Virus record (IMG/VR): IMGVR_UViG_3300014204_000175
Span: 6,784-70,783 of that record
Length of the DNA stretch: 64,000 bases
Reading direction: 5' to 3' (one strand)
From: a virus
Lineage: Duplodnaviria > Caudoviricetes
The position numbers and the translations under genes are program-made. Shown piece after piece: positions 1 to 8,733 of this stretch. Each line of letters starts with the position of its first letter. Within the stretch, counting starts at the first letter, position 1. The notes beneath the pieces were generated by a model. That model was not told the DNA's origin and ran no database searches. It worked only from the letters and a program-made list of their open reading frames with translations.

Positions 1-343
1 TCAGCGCCTTGATTTTCAGACCTTCCTGAGTTGCTCTCTGCCCAGGACCACCAGTTTTAATCAAGAATGCATCGACGTCCAGATCGCCCCCAGCGATTGC
101 CAGGGATTCAACAACCTTCTCAACTTCTCCGGTGCTTTCAGTGTATCCCTCGTTAACGCCACGGAAAGCGACTCCAGGCAGCATTTTTTCCCTATCGAAC
201 TTCAGGGCGTTACCAGTAATGTCGTCAAACGGCATATACTGCATCAGATCAGAACCTTTTGCAAACAGTTCCATAACGGTTGCCTTGAGAACTTCATCTC
301 TCCCCAACGCAATCTTGGCAGATTCTATCAGTGTTAAAGCCAT
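1..343 (-). CDS. Major capsid protein, N-terminal part (runs off the window edge)
   Basis: Not in the ORF track. Manual translation from ATG at 343 (AGGAGG RBS upstream) gives MALTLIESAK...MPFDDITGNALKFDREKMLPGVAFRGVNEGYTESTG...SLAIAGGDLDVDAF, a recognisable phage MCP pattern. It lies directly downstream of the scaffold gene. Confidence 0.85.
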   Translation of the reverse strand, partial: MALTLIESAKIALGRDEVLKATVMELFAKGSDLMQYMPFDDITGNALKFDREKMLPGVAFRGVNEGYTESTGEVEKVVESLAIAGGDLDVDAFLIKTGGPGQRATQEGLKIKAL

Positions 344-393
344 CTCTTATTACCTCCTAATTTGTTTTTTTTGTTTGTGTCCCTGTCAAAACG

Positions 394-448
394 AAAAAAG
401 TCCCGACAAGACATAATCCTCTTTCGAGTATTAAATCCCACCGGGACT
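394..448 (-). terminator. Long hairpin with GAAA tetraloop followed by a U-tract in the capsid gene leader
   Basis: Minus strand reads AGTCCCG...TAATACTC-GAAA-GAGGATTA...CGGGACT-TTTTT (inverted repeat 399-405/442-448). Confidence 0.55.
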
Positions 449-516
449 CTGTTTTTCAGCGCCGCTGTTAAACTAATTTTTTATTGTTTGGTGACCCACC
501 GGGTCTTTATTTCTCC

Positions 517-1287
517 TTACTTCTGCGCTCCTGCGCCATGAATCATTTTCAATCGTTCCTGAGGAGGCAGCGCCTTCAAGTCGTTCAATGCGCTTCCCTT
601 TGCCCCTGCCGCTCCGCCACCAGCGCCACTGCCGCTATTTGGTTCAAATAGGAATGGTGCCGAAGCAACAAGTACCTGGGCCCATTCATCAAACGTGATA
701 GGCTCCTTGCCGTCTTTGCCATATAGAATTCGATCACCTTCTTTAGGGACTGGCTTGCCATCTTCGAGTTTCCATATCCGACGACCTCTGGCCAAAATAT
801 CCTGCATGGCATCTTTGCGAACTCCGCCGACAGCCGTGACAGCCTTGGTAATCTCAGAATCAATCAATACTTCAGACAAACGATTATGAGCCTGGGTAAG
901 TGTCAATTCCTTTTCATCGACGGCTTTTTTCAGGGCAGTTAACTGGTTTTCAAAATCAGCTCGCATTCGTTCTGTTTTCTGGCTCACCAACTCATCCAGC
1001 TTGCCGGCCTCAATGAGCTTCTTGTCTTCAATCTCCTGAATACGAGCTTGCATCTTCTTGACTTCTTCAGGAGTGGTTCCGTAAGCGCCGATTTTTTTCT
1101 GAAGATCGTCCATTTCCTTCATCAACTTGATGTTATTATCTCGGAATTCCTTGAGCTTGTTCTGTTTGTCAACATCTTCATCGGTGTCCAAATGCCATTT
1201 GCCATCGCCGCTCTTGACATACGCCCCTTTAAAAGCGTCCTCAAGTTTGGCGTATGCTTCATCATCCAAAATCAAACTCAATTTCAT
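517..1287 (-). CDS. Capsid assembly scaffolding protein
   Basis: 256 aa, charged and coiled-coil, with a Gly-rich C-terminal segment (SGSGAGGG). It lies between MuF and MCP. Confidence 0.8.
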   Translation of the reverse strand: MKLSLILDDEAYAKLEDAFKGAYVKSGDGKWHLDTDEDVDKQNKLKEFRDNNIKLMKEMDDLQKKIGAYGTTPEEVKKMQARIQEIEDKKLIEAGKLDELVSQKTERMRADFENQLTALKKAVDEKELTLTQAHNRLSEVLIDSEITKAVTAVGGVRKDAMQDILARGRRIWKLEDGKPVPKEGDRILYGKDGKEPITFDEWAQVLVASAPFLFEPNSGSGAGGGAAGAKGSALNDLKALPPQERLKMIHGAGAQK

Positions 1288-1319
1288 AAATTTTTCCCTC
1301 CCGGATTTCTTTAATGATT

Positions 1320-1375
1320 ATTGTATAGATGATTTTTTGATAAGATCAAAGATATTTTTTATCAAGATCAAAGAT
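1320..1375 (-). promoter_or_regulatory. Sigma70-like promoter (TTGATC-18-TACAAT) overlapped by a 12-bp direct repeat
   Basis: -10 at 1320-1325 and -35 at 1344-1349. AAGATCAAAGAT occurs at 1342-1353 and 1364-1375 (22-bp period). Confidence 0.55.
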
Positions 1376-1695
1376 TATTCCAATTCCTGCAACGAAGGGA
1401 GGCTCTTAAGCCATGCACGCTGGTCTTTCTCGAATTTATTCCAGGTATCAATCAAGTCTTCAAAATCCAGCCCCTTTACCTCAACCGGCTTTTCCATAAA
1501 GATGGTGTATGGGTTAAACTTGCCCATGACCCCGACGAAATGGCCGTAATTCCTGTATCTGGCAATTGGGGTGCTGGTAATTTCATCAACCTCATCGGCA
1601 TCATTAACAATAAGGTTTTTGTACTGGTCGCCATCCTCAACCCAGATATCAACCTTATGCAAACCCAGCTTTTCAATAGCTAATATTTTCATCAT
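1375..1695 (-). CDS. Hypothetical protein, possible immunity partner of the MuF C-terminal domain
   Basis: 106 aa with a good RBS (AGGAGG) and its own TATAAT at 1713-1718. It sits immediately downstream of the MuF gene. Confidence 0.6.
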   Translation of the reverse strand: MMKILAIEKLGLHKVDIWVEDGDQYKNLIVNDADEVDEITSTPIARYRNYGHFVGVMGKFNPYTIFMEKPVEVKGLDFEDLIDTWNKFEKDQRAWLKSLPSLQELE

Positions 1696-1741
1696 CTTTT
1701 CCTCCTGTAATTATTATACCGCCTTTTATAAAATGCTGGGA

Positions 1742-4700
1742 TTATATTTTGCCATTCTGCAGCATTTCTTTAAATTGGGGGGCATTATAAACCTTAACCC
1801 CAATCCTATCTGCAAACTTTTGAACGAAGTCTGGTATGTTTTCAGTCCGTCGCCATACAAGGAATTGTGCGTCCCTTGTAAGTTCTGTCTTGCCGTAAAT
1901 CTGTGCTTCAATGTAATCATACCCGTTGCCGAATCCAACCTGGTTCAGTTTCTTTTTTCCATCAAGAAGCTCCTTTATGTTTTGAGGCTTGATAGAATCA
2001 ATGCTGGTAGTGGTCATTCTTTTTATCAAAGGGAAATTTGAAGCATTTGAACCATGTCGAGTGCTTTCCTGCCCCTTTAAGCCAGAAGAATTGCCCATTG
2101 TAAATGTTGATCTTAATCTGACTTCTGGTTTAAAAACAACGGTCAATTGGCCATAGTTATTTGCAGAATCAATGTTTGTTGAGTCCAGCACAAAACCATA
2201 AATTGGCCTTTCGTATGCTGCTTCAATTTGAGCTGGTGTTTCAAAATAAGCGTGATCTGCCATCTCTTTGTAAACTGGATTTTCTTGCAAGATCCCCCCC
2301 GAAAGAGTACGCTCCCAGCCATCACGACCTATTGTGGATTTATACGGCGCATGACTGCCTTGCGAAGAACCACTGCGCCCACGCACAAACTGATTCTTCA
2401 TGACCGGCTCCTTCATAAGACTTTTGTAAACGCCACTATTGGGATCATGCATTGGAATGTTACAACAAACCGTCATTTGATCCGCTATTATTTTTGAAAG
2501 TTTGACGACATCTTTGTGGCTTGCAAGTCCAGCTTCGATGTTGAGAATTGCACGCGTCTTATTTGTTGTAACTACCCCACGCTTTTTGGCAACAGCAAGG
2601 GTGTCTTTCTGCAATACTGACAATTCTGCTGGCGCTGTTGGTTTGGCAACAGCATCCACTTCAGCAAAGTAATCCTGGATGTAATTCCGCCTTGCAATAA
2701 GGCTGTTTGCAAGGTAATCCTTTTCGGTTGTTGGTCCCAACCAGTTATCATCAACAATATCTTTTATCTGCTTATCTGTCAAGCGAATGACCTTGTTTGC
2801 CTCATCACGCATTGAGACAGCTGCCCTCTCAACCTTATCCAAAATAGAATATGCAGAATCGGAATTGATTACGATTCCGGATTCCTTCAAGCTCTTTAAT
2901 GCCGCTCTTTCTGTGTAGTCCAACTTGCCCAACCCAATCGCTGCATCGTCATTGATCTTCTTGGCAGCATCTACCATAGCACGATAAGCGCGTACTGGAT
3001 CTTTGTTTTCCAAACTGGAATAAAGCTCATATGCTTTACGTTCTGCCGTCCGTTCTGCTGATGCCCAAATCTCCATCTTTGAAATCACATGGGTCTTGAC
3101 TGACTCTTCAAACATCTTGAGCCGGTCAACTTCCCTCATGGCTTCTGGATAATCAATTTTAATCCAGTTGAATTCTGATTCCAATATGGTACGCCTCACA
3201 CCAGCCACTCTATCGGCAGAAAGTTCTTTCACGCCCTTGGCAAAATCTCCATCCCCAAGCTTCATAGCTTTGTTATAAGCAATGATCAGATCATCGGCAA
3301 CCTTTTGGTCAACTGCAACATTCATCAAACCTTTAAGCTCACTTTGAGGCACAAGTTTGACAGCCTCGGATTCTGGCCCCATCATTGATGGTGACCCATC
3401 AATCCTGCGACCGATATAATATCTTGTTGTTGATGTTGTTTTTTCATAATCACCAAGATATCCCAAAATCTCACCTTGCATACCGGTCTCTTCAAACACT
3501 TCTTTGATGGCAGTACGTTGCAAATTCAGCGCCGACTCCCCTGACGCAGAGCCTTTGGCGAATGTATTCTTATATCCACCATATTCTCCTTTCGGAGAAA
3601 CAATCCACACCCTGCCATCTTGTTCAATCATAATAACGCCAGCCGATGGCCTTTTGCCTGCTGCGCTCATAAAGACAGGCTCGTCAACTGATACCTTTGT
3701 CGGCAAGTCCACTTCTTTGATGGGATTGTATAAACCAGCTGGCAGTTTTTGCCTCGGTTCAAATACAGCAATTTTGTTTGGATCGCTTAACTCCTTCAAC
3801 ATCCGCGCTTCTGCTCTGGCCACACGCTGGGCCTCAATGGTCTTTTTCGTGTCTGCGATAAGCTGAGATGGACCGCCTTCTCCATCCATAATTCTGAGCG
3901 CTTTTTTTAGCTGTTCCTCAGTAAGCCTTTCGGAAATACTGGACATCAACGCTTCTGCACTCTCGGCTTCCAGCGCCATCTGCCGTATGAGACTTTCCAA
4001 AACCGCTTCCTTTGCCGCCAGAATATCTCCCATGGTCGCCTGCAATTCTTTCAAGGTCAATGGCATACCATCATTGTTCACTAGATCAACCATATCTAAC
4101 TTGTTCGCTTGCCATAGACTCCATTTACCTTTGCCCAAAATCTCTTTCTGGATATCTTCTGATTGGAGCAATAACCAATCATTGTATGAAAGATTGCCAG
4201 GAACTGGACCATTCATCGAGGCTCTCATACCTGTAGGGATATTCGCATCCATCTCCTTAATTTGGCCACTGGTCAATGGTGAATTTGGCCCGGACAATTC
4301 CTCATAACTTTTAACAGATGGAATACTTGTACATCGACAATTATGAACAACAAATCCTCTGGCGATATAACTTTCATCCTCATCGACGCTAAAGTTGTAG
4401 AGAGTGCATGGCTTGGATACTCTCCATCTCCGGAGAACTTCCACCTCGAAATATGCAAACTCATACAATCCAGCGTGGTTTGATGCTATCCTGAAGATTT
4501 CTTGCCTGATATCTTCCAAGTTGTTGTTTATTTGGTCTCCGCAAAATCTCAAAACTTTCCAACCCTGATTTTCTATTGCCTGTTGACGACGGGCATCTTT
4601 TTCTTTGTCTTGGTGCCAGTATTCCCCGTCAACTTCTATAACTATATTCAAATCAGGCAACGCAAAATCTACATAAAACCCCAAAACCGGATGCTGTTGG

Positions 4701-6301
4701 ATATAGTCAGGGGCAAACTCGTCTAAAATCGCTTTCATTTTTAATTCAAGGCTGCTGCTAAACCCTTTTTGCGCCATTATTACATTAGGGTGTTTTTCGG
4801 GATGGTCCTTATAAAATTTCTTTAGTGACATTGTTTGTTTACTTCTTGAAACAGGATCCAGACTGGGGTTGTTGTTTGACATATATTCGACAACAGCTGC
4901 TCTCCATCGTTTAGAATTATGCGCATTGGAGGCGGCTTTCTTATGGACCTCTAAATTTTGAAACGGATGAGTCCCATCTGCTACCATTTCTCTCGTTTTT
5001 TTATTCGCATTTTTTGTTGTTTCAAATCTATCCCTCAGCCCTGATTCGTATTGGTCCAAATTGCTTTTTCTATTTTTTATGGAAACAATCTTTTTCCTAT
5101 CCTTTGTCCATTGCCCCTTGATATTTTCAAGGCTCCGGCAAGATTGAGAACAAAACTTGCTCACATGTGGAACCATTATATTACATTCTTCTCTACCGCA
5201 CTTGTGGCTTAAAAATGAAATCTTATCCCCATTTTTGATTGCTCCTGCGGGTTTCCAATCCCCATTGATCATAACCGGGTGGTCGATGGTCATAGTAACT
5301 TTGCAGGAATTGATATAGCCCTTGCCCTTAATGGAAATTCTAACCACTTCAGATACTTGTTTGGGAGTGAAAATTAAGTCTGTCACCTTTCTAAACCGCC
5401 CTTTGTGAGTCAATACCAAATCGCCAATTTGAATCTTTCTAATTGGCTTCCAACCTTTAGATGTATAAATTGGGATTTGTCCGTCTATAAAACAATTAAA
5501 ATGCACCGGCAAGCCTGGCCAACTCATCCCGGATAATGGAGTAAGATTCATATCGTATTTCTTACCATCATATGGTCTGCACCTACTACAAGTTTTCATG
5601 TCAAGAGTAGCAACAAATTCGATCCCATTTAAAACATCTGCGTTTGCCTTGTATGTTTCTTGTCGGACCGCATTGCTTACCTGCATAACCGATGTCCGTA
5701 CCAATGCTTCTGCTTCTCGTTTGGTCATAGACATAACGCCCGGAGTAGTTTTGGTTCCTCTGATTCTTGAGATCAAATCTCCGACTGATTCTCCTTGAAC
5801 CATGCCTACCTGTAGCGCTTGCGTGCCAGCGGCCATTGATGCTGCCATTTTCGCTTTAGTGCTTTCAGATTGTTTGCTCCACCACTCTCCAATCACATTG
5901 CCATCAATCAAAGTATTTTCAACTATTCCCTTGACGCCTTCTGGAGTCAAAGTAACATTGAAAATATCTGCGCCAACAGCTTTGTTGAGAGAAGAAACAA
6001 CATGATCTTTCTGAGTTCCAGCCATCTTGAGCAATTCGCCCTTATTGGTTTTGGCAATTTCTTTGTAAGTTGTATCAACTATGACAGAGATGTCTTCGTT
6101 CAATTTTTCAAGACGAGCGGCCTTCCACTTGGTCATGGTTGGTGCGGTTGGATCGTTCTTTGCGATCGCAGCAACAATTTCGCCTTGGGCATCTTTCAAA
6201 AGCTTCTGGATCTTATTATTCAACCCGACCGAATACTTATCTAGATTGATTTGGTCTTTTAAGGTTTGGTCTAGTATCTTTTCAGGAATGGTCTTATCCA
6301 T
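1742..6301 (-). CDS. MuF/SPP1 gp7-like head morphogenesis protein with intein, NUDIX domain and DUF3626-like C-terminal domain
   Basis: It follows portal. The MuF motif ATLDxKTCxxC...PxHFN-CRC is split by an intein. A Nudix box (KEVFEETG) lies at about 3350-3655. The C-terminal domain shows KNQF...S.G...RDGWE...ERPIYG...YG...RSTFTMGNS...YIEAQIYG. Confidence 0.85.
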   Translation of the reverse strand: MDKTIPEKILDQTLKDQINLDKYSVGLNNKIQKLLKDAQGEIVAAIAKNDPTAPTMTKWKAARLEKLNEDISVIVDTTYKEIAKTNKGELLKMAGTQKDHVVSSLNKAVGADIFNVTLTPEGVKGIVENTLIDGNVIGEWWSKQSESTKAKMAASMAAGTQALQVGMVQGESVGDLISRIRGTKTTPGVMSMTKREAEALVRTSVMQVSNAVRQETYKANADVLNGIEFVATLDMKTCSRCRPYDGKKYDMNLTPLSGMSWPGLPVHFNCFIDGQIPIYTSKGWKPIRKIQIGDLVLTHKGRFRKVTDLIFTPKQVSEVVRISIKGKGYINSCKVTMTIDHPVMINGDWKPAGAIKNGDKISFLSHKCGREECNIMVPHVSKFCSQSCRSLENIKGQWTKDRKKIVSIKNRKSNLDQYESGLRDRFETTKNANKKTREMVADGTHPFQNLEVHKKAASNAHNSKRWRAAVVEYMSNNNPSLDPVSRSKQTMSLKKFYKDHPEKHPNVIMAQKGFSSSLELKMKAILDEFAPDYIQQHPVLGFYVDFALPDLNIVIEVDGEYWHQDKEKDARRQQAIENQGWKVLRFCGDQINNNLEDIRQEIFRIASNHAGLYEFAYFEVEVLRRWRVSKPCTLYNFSVDEDESYIARGFVVHNCRCTSIPSVKSYEELSGPNSPLTSGQIKEMDANIPTGMRASMNGPVPGNLSYNDWLLLQSEDIQKEILGKGKWSLWQANKLDMVDLVNNDGMPLTLKELQATMGDILAAKEAVLESLIRQMALEAESAEALMSSISERLTEEQLKKALRIMDGEGGPSQLIADTKKTIEAQRVARAEARMLKELSDPNKIAVFEPRQKLPAGLYNPIKEVDLPTKVSVDEPVFMSAAGKRPSAGVIMIEQDGRVWIVSPKGEYGGYKNTFAKGSASGESALNLQRTAIKEVFEETGMQGEILGYLGDYEKTTSTTRYYIGRRIDGSPSMMGPESEAVKLVPQSELKGLMNVAVDQKVADDLIIAYNKAMKLGDGDFAKGVKELSADRVAGVRRTILESEFNWIKIDYPEAMREVDRLKMFEESVKTHVISKMEIWASAERTAERKAYELYSSLENKDPVRAYRAMVDAAKKINDDAAIGLGKLDYTERAALKSLKESGIVINSDSAYSILDKVERAAVSMRDEANKVIRLTDKQIKDIVDDNWLGPTTEKDYLANSLIARRNYIQDYFAEVDAVAKPTAPAELSVLQKDTLAVAKKRGVVTTNKTRAILNIEAGLASHKDVVKLSKIIADQMTVCCNIPMHDPNSGVYKSLMKEPVMKNQFVRGRSGSSQGSHAPYKSTIGRDGWERTLSGGILQENPVYKEMADHAYFETPAQIEAAYERPIYGFVLDSTNIDSANNYGQLTVVFKPEVRLRSTFTMGNSSGLKGQESTRHGSNASNFPLIKRMTTTSIDSIKPQNIKELLDGKKKLNQVGFGNGYDYIEAQIYGKTELTRDAQFLVWRRTENIPDFVQKFADRIGVKVYNAPQFKEMLQNGKI
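4340..5494 (-). mobile_element. Intein (385 aa) with a DUF559/Vsr-type endonuclease
   Basis: Begins CFIDGQIPIYTSKGWKPIRKIQIGDLVLTH (Cys270) and ends LYNFSVDEDESYIARGFVVHN (Asn654), followed by Cys+1. Internal motif YVDFALPDLNIVIEVDGEYWH...GWKVLRF. Confidence 0.92.
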
Positions 6302-6313
6302 GATGGATTCCTT

Positions 6314-7729
6314 CTAAAACGCATTTTGATCGCCAACGCCGGGATACTGAACGGCTTGTTGTGACGCCAGCAATTTTTCATCTTCAATCGTCCGATCTGC
6401 TGGTAATATTTCTCCTAGCTGCAACTGATACAAGAACGTGTCTTGGGAGATTTCTCCGGCCTGTCTGGCTTGCAACAAAGCGGTGATATCTTGTGCCGAG
6501 AGTTTAGACGATACGAACTCGCGATTCAACCTAACTTCTGCACTCTCTTCCACAGACAACCATTGCGCCAAATAATTCAACGCTTTGATTATTCCTTGCT
6601 CTGCACAATTTACAATCGTTGCTAGTGTCGCCGTATCGCCTGAGAAATGCATCCGAACAGTATCTGCCGCCTCTGCTGCTCGTTTCTGATCCTCAAGCAA
6701 ACGCGCCCCCATTACAGCCATTTGACGCTCCAATCTATCCAAAGCCTTCTCAATTGCGCCTAGCCCGGCACCAGTGAACTCAAGAAATCCACATTTCGCG
6801 TCAGGATTGTCCGAGACCCATGCCTTTTCTCCTCCGATATAAAATTCACCTGTACCAAATCCAGCGGCCCAAGGAGTTGGAATCGCACAAAGATGCAATC
6901 CATGATAGTAATCAACACCAACTTGCCAATGCTTAATATTCAAGTTGGCAAGATCCATCAATGGCGGATTGTCTGGGATAGGACTGTTGCTTATCGAGCC
7001 AAAAAAGACAAATGGAATTTCGGTCCAATTGGCGCCTCTGATTTTTGGGAATATGTCGTTTCCAACCTGAGACCAAACCTCCTTTTTCGAGATAACATTC
7101 TTTTCGTAAATTCTAACAACCAAAACACCGTCCTCTATCGCAAGAACGCGGACTTGATCAACAAAATTAACAACAAATGGATTCGCAGGATCAATTCGAG
7201 TCACTTGTTCCGCCAACGCCAACATCATCAATTTATTTTCGTCTCCTTGCTGCTGAAGGCGAAAATTCAGAATGGCTCCTGCTTCATACATGGCAAAATA
7301 AGGATTCGCGGTTTCTCCAACGATTGTTTGCTCTTCAGTAAGATCTGCTGTATCGACAAGTATGCCGTAATATCCATCAGAAATCACCTCTTGGACCACC
7401 ATCCTAATAACCTCTTGGATCGACTCTCCATTCAAAGTAATGAAAGGAAGCAGCGCGTCAACAATTGGCGCCACTTTTATCTGTGGTTCTTTTCTTACAA
7501 CGGCCCCGGTCAAGCCAACAACTGTACGACCAAAGGCGTTGAAAAAAGACCCTCGATTCAAATATGCCAGATATTCAGTTGGGGTCTGACCAGTCAATTT
7601 AGGAACATATAAAGTGGCCGCCGATTTCATGGCATCTTCGCCGTTCATAATGCCTTCAATTTTGGTCCATTGACCAACCCTTTGCTGATAGTATCCGCTC
7701 TTGGCGTTTGGCGTTAACTGCATTTTCAA
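6314..7729 (-). CDS. Portal protein (DUF4055 type)
   Basis: YVPKL..Q...EY..YLNR..FFNAFGRTV.GL.G pattern and IPFVFFG motif; 471 aa, upstream of MuF. Confidence 0.85.
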   Translation of the reverse strand: MKMQLTPNAKSGYYQQRVGQWTKIEGIMNGEDAMKSAATLYVPKLTGQTPTEYLAYLNRGSFFNAFGRTVVGLTGAVVRKEPQIKVAPIVDALLPFITLNGESIQEVIRMVVQEVISDGYYGILVDTADLTEEQTIVGETANPYFAMYEAGAILNFRLQQQGDENKLMMLALAEQVTRIDPANPFVVNFVDQVRVLAIEDGVLVVRIYEKNVISKKEVWSQVGNDIFPKIRGANWTEIPFVFFGSISNSPIPDNPPLMDLANLNIKHWQVGVDYYHGLHLCAIPTPWAAGFGTGEFYIGGEKAWVSDNPDAKCGFLEFTGAGLGAIEKALDRLERQMAVMGARLLEDQKRAAEAADTVRMHFSGDTATLATIVNCAEQGIIKALNYLAQWLSVEESAEVRLNREFVSSKLSAQDITALLQARQAGEISQDTFLYQLQLGEILPADRTIEDEKLLASQQAVQYPGVGDQNAF

Positions 7730-8733
7730 TTCCCTCCATTATCATTCCGGCGATTAATAAATTCTGCAGGCCCATTTAGCACCGCCAAGCGCTCTGCTAC
7801 CGATGGTTTCTTTCCGTCAAGCCTTGCTCTCGCCGCTATCTCAGCCGCTTTGAGCGAGGCGATATTTAGCTCAAATGTAACCTTATACGATAAATAATCT
7901 CCAGATAAAGCGGTATGGCCCAAATTTGGTTGTACGTGAGGGAACACAAAGATGCCAGCCAAATTCAATTCGTGAACATCAACATTGCCTGAGATATAAA
8001 TAATCTTGATGTTTGGATTGATTTCCTTGATGTGTTGTATCTTTATTAGTCCCGAAGGGCCAATCTGGGGACACTTGAGACCATACTCGGCAACAATTAT
8101 CGCATCTGCTGTCGCTAACCGCTTCTCCGAAGTGTCTGGCCACGTTTGACAGTCGATATCTGTATCCGCGAAGAAACATTCTAATTCATCTCGTACAAAC
8201 CCAGCAGAAGCCATCAAAATATATTTATCTCTCCAAACAGAAAGCCCGGATTCAAAACACGCCTTAATAATCTTCCATCCCATCGATCCTAATAAGCCGA
8301 TCTTGGCTTCATCCGTCGCAATGGGAACAATATGGGCTTTTTGTAACTCTTGAATATTAACATCTTCCAATCTGACTTGATCTGCTTTCATCATCAAAGC
8401 GACAACGGCGGTCTTTTTCATCTTACTAATGTCGTTTTGGGTAATTGGCCGAACAAACCCGGAATTGGTTATGATGTCTGCGTTGCATATAGTCTCGGCG
8501 TATCTATTGTTTGCAACTTCGATAGACGGAAAATCAGGCCGGAGGCCTCTCATCGCAAAAAGCTCCATTTGCCCATTATACATATAGACTTTTTTTGCTC
8601 CTGCCATTGCTGCTGCAATTCCGGTGTACAGATAATTTCCCGTAGCAAACTCCGTAAAAACGGTCAGTCCAGACAGGTCCAACTTGTATCTCTTGATCAA
8701 CTTTTGCAGATAAGCAATCTTATACGATTCCAT
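7726..8733 (-). CDS. Rossmann-like oxidoreductase-type protein of glycan clusters (WbmS-neighbour family)
   Basis: LDLSGLTVFTE.ATG...ADIITNSGFVRPI...VALM pattern of a family I recall next to polysaccharide deacetylases. Start moved to MESYKIAY. Confidence 0.5.
   Translation of the reverse strand: MESYKIAYLQKLIKRYKLDLSGLTVFTEFATGNYLYTGIAAAMAGAKKVYMYNGQMELFAMRGLRPDFPSIEVANNRYAETICNADIITNSGFVRPITQNDISKMKKTAVVALMMKADQVRLEDVNIQELQKAHIVPIATDEAKIGLLGSMGWKIIKACFESGLSVWRDKYILMASAGFVRDELECFFADTDIDCQTWPDTSEKRLATADAIIVAEYGLKCPQIGPSGLIKIQHIKEINPNIKIIYISGNVDVHELNLAGIFVFPHVQPNLGHTALSGDYLSYKVTFELNIASLKAAEIAARARLDGKKPSVAERLAVLNGPAEFINRRNDNGGN

Noticed and set aside
1726-1938. 70-aa minus-strand ORF overlapping the MuF 3' end
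   Set aside because: It lies almost entirely within the DUF3626-like coding region in another frame, with no RBS or motif.
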